64,000 bases of DNA from an uncultured beta proteobacterium (GTDB lineage Bacteria; Pseudomonadota; Gammaproteobacteria; Burkholderiales; SG8-39), in the NCBI GenBank assembly GCA_963735025.1, contig CAVTJG010000009.1:1771424-1835423 (forward strand). The letters are read 5' to 3'. A program made the translations under genes and the position numbers. The notes below the pieces were generated by a model that saw nothing but the letters and a program-made list of their open reading frames with translations, made no database searches and was not told where the DNA came from. How positions within the stretch are numbered: the first letter of the stretch is position 1; the number at the start of each line of letters is the position of its first letter. Below, piece by piece: positions 60,416 through 64,000 of the stretch.

Positions 60416-61708
60416 ATGCAGGAGGCATTGCTCGGTTTCGCGGCGATGTTCGTCTTGACCCTCCTCAGGATCCCGATCGCCTTCTCGATGGCCATCGTCG
60501 GGTTCGTCGGCCTCGGATTGATCAAGAGCTGGAACGCCTCGCTCGCCTCCGCCACCGCGGTAATCTACGAGACCGGGTTTTCATACGCATTGTCGGTTGT
60601 GCCGCTTTTCATCCTGATGGGCAATTTCGTGACGCGCGCGGGGATGTCCCAGGAACTCTACCGCGCTGCATATACCGTGATTGGGCACTGGCGTGGCGGG
60701 CTTGCAATGTCGACCGTCGTCGCGTGCGGCGGATTCAGCGCGATCTGCGGCTCGAGCCTCGCCACCGCTGCGACCATGTCCAAGGTCGCGATGCCATCGA
60801 TGCGCAGGTTCCATTATTCCGAAGGCCTCGCCGCCGGTTCGATCGCGGCGGGCGGCACGCTCGGCATCATGATTCCGCCTTCGGTGATCATGGTGATCTA
60901 CGGGCTGATGACAGAGACGAACATCGGCAGCCTCTTCGCCGCCGGTATCTTGCCGGGAGCCTTGGCGGTCTCCTGCTACATGGGCGCGGTCGCGTGGACG
61001 ACGTGGCGGGATCCGAAGTCGGGTCCCCCGGGCGAGCGCTCGACCTGGGCCGACCGCCTGCGTGCACTCCGCGATATCTGGGGTGTCGTGGCGCTCTTCG
61101 TGCTCGTTCTGGGCGGCATCTACGGCGGCGTATTCACGCCCACCGAAGCCGCAGGCGTCGGTGCTGCTGGCGGGTTCTTCTTTGCACTCGCCCGCCGCGC
61201 GCTCACGTGGAAGACCTTGTTCGCAGTGCTCATCGAATCGGCACGCACCACGGCGATGCTGTTTGTCATCCTGATCGGCGCGCTCATTTTCGCGAACTTC
61301 ATCAATTTCACGACGATGCCCGGCGACTTGCGGACGTTCGTCGGTCAGTTCGATCTGCATCCGATCATGGTCGTGATCGCGATGTGCGCCATCTACATCG
61401 TCCTCGGCTGCATGCTCGAGAGCCTTTCGATGATTCTCCTCACGGTGCCGCTCTTCTTCCCGCTCATCTCGCATCTGGGCCTCGACCCCGTGTGGTTCGG
61501 GATCGTGGTGGTCACGGTCGTCGAGATCAGCCTGATCACCCCGCCCGTGGGAATGAACGTGTTCGTGCTACGCACCCTGCTGCCCGAGATTCCGATCGGA
61601 ACGATGTTCCGGGGCGTCGGACCGTTCATCGTCGCGGATTTCGTCCGCCTCACCGTGCTGATCGCTTTTCCGACCATCAGCCTATTGCTCCCGCGCCTAT
61701 TTTTTTAA
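60416..61708 (+). CDS. dctM: TRAP transporter large permease (DctM family)
   Basis: 430 aa polytopic; typical DctM sequence (IPIAFSMAIVGFVG..., GGTLGIMIPPSV). Confidence 0.9.
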   Translation: MQEALLGFAAMFVLTLLRIPIAFSMAIVGFVGLGLIKSWNASLASATAVIYETGFSYALSVVPLFILMGNFVTRAGMSQELYRAAYTVIGHWRGGLAMSTVVACGGFSAICGSSLATAATMSKVAMPSMRRFHYSEGLAAGSIAAGGTLGIMIPPSVIMVIYGLMTETNIGSLFAAGILPGALAVSCYMGAVAWTTWRDPKSGPPGERSTWADRLRALRDIWGVVALFVLVLGGIYGGVFTPTEAAGVGAAGGFFFALARRALTWKTLFAVLIESARTTAMLFVILIGALIFANFINFTTMPGDLRTFVGQFDLHPIMVVIAMCAIYIVLGCMLESLSMILLTVPLFFPLISHLGLDPVWFGIVVVTVVEISLITPPVGMNVFVLRTLLPEIPIGTMFRGVGPFIVADFVRLTVLIAFPTISLLLPRLFF

Positions 61709-61750
61709 GCCCGCGCTTGCAAGCGCCCCAGTGGCGTGACCCTCGACTGC

Positions 61751-63094
61751 TCATGACATTGCGCGCGACGCAGCGTGTATGAGTAACCCGACAAGCCCGC
61801 CGATCAGCGTGCCGTTGATGCGCACGTACTGCAGGTCGTCGCCGACGTAGGATTCGATGCGCTCGGTGAACGTCTTCGTGTCCCAGCGCGCGACGGTGTC
61901 GCTGATGAGGCGGCCGATCTCGGCGCGCTGCGCCTCGGCGACCCGCACGATCACCCCGCGCAACCAGCGATTGAGTGGCGCACGCGCGGCCGCGTCGTCG
62001 CGCATCGTCGATGCGAAGCCGCCAATACCACGCTCCAGTTGTGCAACGACGAGTGAGTCATCGCGCGCGAGATCGGCACGCAGCGCCGACACGATCGCGT
62101 CCCACACGCTTCCGAGGTAATTCTGCAATGCCGGATGAGCGAGAAACTCCGACTTGACATCCTCGATCCGCTGCCGGTACTCCTCCGAGGTCTTGAGCTC
62201 TTCCGCGAGCTCCAGGAGCGCGGCATCGAGCTTCCGTCGCCACGGATGTTCCGGGTCGCGCGCCATCTCGGTGATCACCGCTTCGGCCGCGGCGATGATC
62301 CGGTCCGAGACTGCGACGTCCAGCGAGACGCTGCGCCAGTACCAGGCGGTCTTCTCGCGAACCTTGGCACGTATCGATGGCTCGTATTCTGCAAGCAGCG
62401 CCGTGAGCTCGCCGATCAGCTGGTCGACGATCGGCCGATGTCTACCGGTCGCCGTGACCGCGGCGAGCAACTCTCCCGCGAGGCGCGCGAGATCCGCGCC
62501 GCGCATCCACTCGTTGACGCTCTCCTGCACGTAGCGGCGCACCTCGCCCGCCTCGAGCTCGCCGAGCAGTCCCGGCAGACGGTCGCCGATGCGCTCGGCA
62601 AGCTTGCGCGGTCGATCGCCTTCGCCGATCCAGCGCGCCACGGCCGCGACGATATCCACGTCCGCGATCTTCTCCCGGACGACCCCCGGAGCAAGAAAGT
62701 TGCGCTCGACGAACTCGGCGAGGTTTCTGCCGATGCGGTCCTTGTTGCGCGGCACGATCGCCGTGTGCGGGATGGGCAGTCCGAGCGGATGGCGGAAAAG
62801 CGCCGTGACCGCGAACCAGTCGGCGAGCGCGCCCACTATCGCGGCTTCCGCGAAAGCCCGAACCCAGGCCATTCCCGGATAGTCCGCCTCGAGGTAGCGC
62901 GCAGCCAGAAACACCACGAGCATCAAGCCAAGCAGCCCCGTCGCGATGCGCCACATGCGCCGCGGATGGCGGCGCGGCGCCGCGCGCGGGACGGCCGCTT
63001 GATTCGCCGGTTGATTCGTGTCGCTCACTGCAGGGCATAGGATACGATGGACTCGCGCGGCGCGAGATTCGCGGCCCGAATTCCTTTTCAGCAT
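61751..63094 (-). CDS. DUF445-family membrane protein
   Basis: AIVGALADWFAVTALFRHPLGLPIPHTAIVPRNKDRIG is the DUF445 signature. The start is uncertain (ATG 63094 or the internal MWRIATGLL). Confidence 0.7.
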   Translation of the reverse strand: MLKRNSGRESRAARVHRILCPAVSDTNQPANQAAVPRAAPRRHPRRMWRIATGLLGLMLVVFLAARYLEADYPGMAWVRAFAEAAIVGALADWFAVTALFRHPLGLPIPHTAIVPRNKDRIGRNLAEFVERNFLAPGVVREKIADVDIVAAVARWIGEGDRPRKLAERIGDRLPGLLGELEAGEVRRYVQESVNEWMRGADLARLAGELLAAVTATGRHRPIVDQLIGELTALLAEYEPSIRAKVREKTAWYWRSVSLDVAVSDRIIAAAEAVITEMARDPEHPWRRKLDAALLELAEELKTSEEYRQRIEDVKSEFLAHPALQNYLGSVWDAIVSALRADLARDDSLVVAQLERGIGGFASTMRDDAAARAPLNRWLRGVIVRVAEAQRAEIGRLISDTVARWDTKTFTERIESYVGDDLQYVRINGTLIGGLVGLLIHAASRAMS

Positions 63095-63147
63095 CCGGCT
63101 GGCAACGGCCGTTGCGCGAGAGCGGATCCCTCTGGTTTCACGCGCAT

Positions 63148-63161
63148 TTGACGTGAATCAA
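63148..63161. promoter_or_regulatory. FNR/CRP-type dyad TTGAC-gtga-ATCAA
   Basis: 9/10 match to TTGAT-N4-ATCAA, about 70 nt upstream of the Crp/Fnr-family gene start, in a divergent intergenic region. Confidence 0.5.
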
Positions 63162-63231
63162 AGTCGCGCTGTCCATACGAGTGATCTTGTTGCCTATGGT
63201 CACGGCGGAACCGAAGAGAGGCGCCACGAAG

Positions 63232-63924
63232 ATGGGTGCGACCCCCATCCGGGTACAGCAGTTCCTGCAGAACCTTCCGCTGTTCAGCGGACTCACCGCG
63301 GAGGAGATCGATCGCCTCGCGGCTGCGACTGCCCAGGTGCGCGCACCCAGTGGGACTCTCGTGTTCCGCCGCGGCGATCCTTGCAACGGCTTTCACGTGA
63401 TCGTCTACGGCCAGATCAAGCTCGCCCTGGCCGGGCGCGACGGCTCTGAAAAGGTCGTCGAGGTGCTGGGTCCCGGCCAGAGCTTCGGCGAGGCCGTCAT
63501 GTTCCTCGAGCAGCCCTACGTGGTCTTCGCCGAGGCGCTTACCGACACGCTCTTGCTCTTCATCGGAAAATCCGCGCTGTTCGCGGAGGTCGAAAGCAAC
63601 CCGCGATTCGCACGCAAGATGCTCGCCGGCCTCGCGATGCGGTTGCACCGCCTGATGGGCGACCTCGAGGCCTTTTCGCTGAAGAGCGGCACGCAGCGGG
63701 TGATTGCCTATCTGCTGCGCGAGGCACCTGCCGAGCTGGAGGTCCGCACCCCTTTCGAGGTCGAACTCACCACGAGCAAGGGGGTGCTGGCGTCCAGGCT
63801 GAATATCACCCGTGAGCATTTTTCGCGCATTCTCCACGAGCTCACCGTGGCCGGTCTGATCAAGGTGCGCGGCAGGCAAGTGAGCGTCCTGGACCTCACG
63901 CAGCTGCGCGCCTATACCCCCTAG
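63232..63924 (+). CDS. Crp/Fnr-family transcriptional regulator
   Basis: cNMP-binding-like domain (LPLFSGLTAEEIDRLA...GQSFGEAVMF) and C-terminal HTH (SKGVLASRLNITREHFSRILHEL). Alternative starts at GTG 63181 and ATG 63196. Confidence 0.8.
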   Translation: MGATPIRVQQFLQNLPLFSGLTAEEIDRLAAATAQVRAPSGTLVFRRGDPCNGFHVIVYGQIKLALAGRDGSEKVVEVLGPGQSFGEAVMFLEQPYVVFAEALTDTLLLFIGKSALFAEVESNPRFARKMLAGLAMRLHRLMGDLEAFSLKSGTQRVIAYLLREAPAELEVRTPFEVELTTSKGVLASRLNITREHFSRILHELTVAGLIKVRGRQVSVLDLTQLRAYTP

Positions 63925-64000
63925 CCCCCTAGCGTTCGTTGCCCAGGAGGGCAGATGTAGTTCTTCCGGGGGATGCCGGGCACTCGGTCACGGTGGTCCG

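Overview
High-G+C (judged by eye, not computed) proteobacterial chromosomal segment with about 60 genes. Most are core or envelope functions: secD-secF-yajC-tgt-queA, purB, mnmA, ppdK, kup, gshA, htpX, a TRAP transporter, a MoxR-DUF58-transglutaminase operon and a CHASE2 hybrid kinase-Hpt-OmpR phosphorelay. Two things stand out. (1) I infer 13 single-base frameshifts in 11 otherwise well-conserved genes, plus one in-frame amber codon. That is roughly one lesion per 5 kb, which fits indel errors in the assembly better than real gene decay. (2) An accessory patch of about 6.5 kb lies between tRNA-Leu(CAA) (44975..45061) and a 3'-truncated glycerophosphodiester phosphodiesterase gene (about 51545). 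It carries an apparently intact IS3/IS407-like element with a canonical A-AAA-AAG slippery site, an IS91-type transposase remnant, a start-less PEP-CTERM ORF, and a co-directional pair of a staphylococcal-nuclease-like gene and a TIR domain fused to a C-terminal glycine-zipper membrane module. The TIR/nuclease pair is the best candidate here for an uncharacterised defence or abortive-infection module. Smaller observations: a tRNA-Arg(ACG)-like scar and an arylsulfatase remnant flanking kup, REP- and MITE-like palindromes filling convergent gene gaps, a canonical G-quadruplex motif inside nested palindromes, a small Lys-rich secreted peptide followed by two long perfect hairpins, and an FNR/CRP-type box upstream of a Crp/Fnr regulator. 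No CRISPR array, rRNA or prophage was seen.
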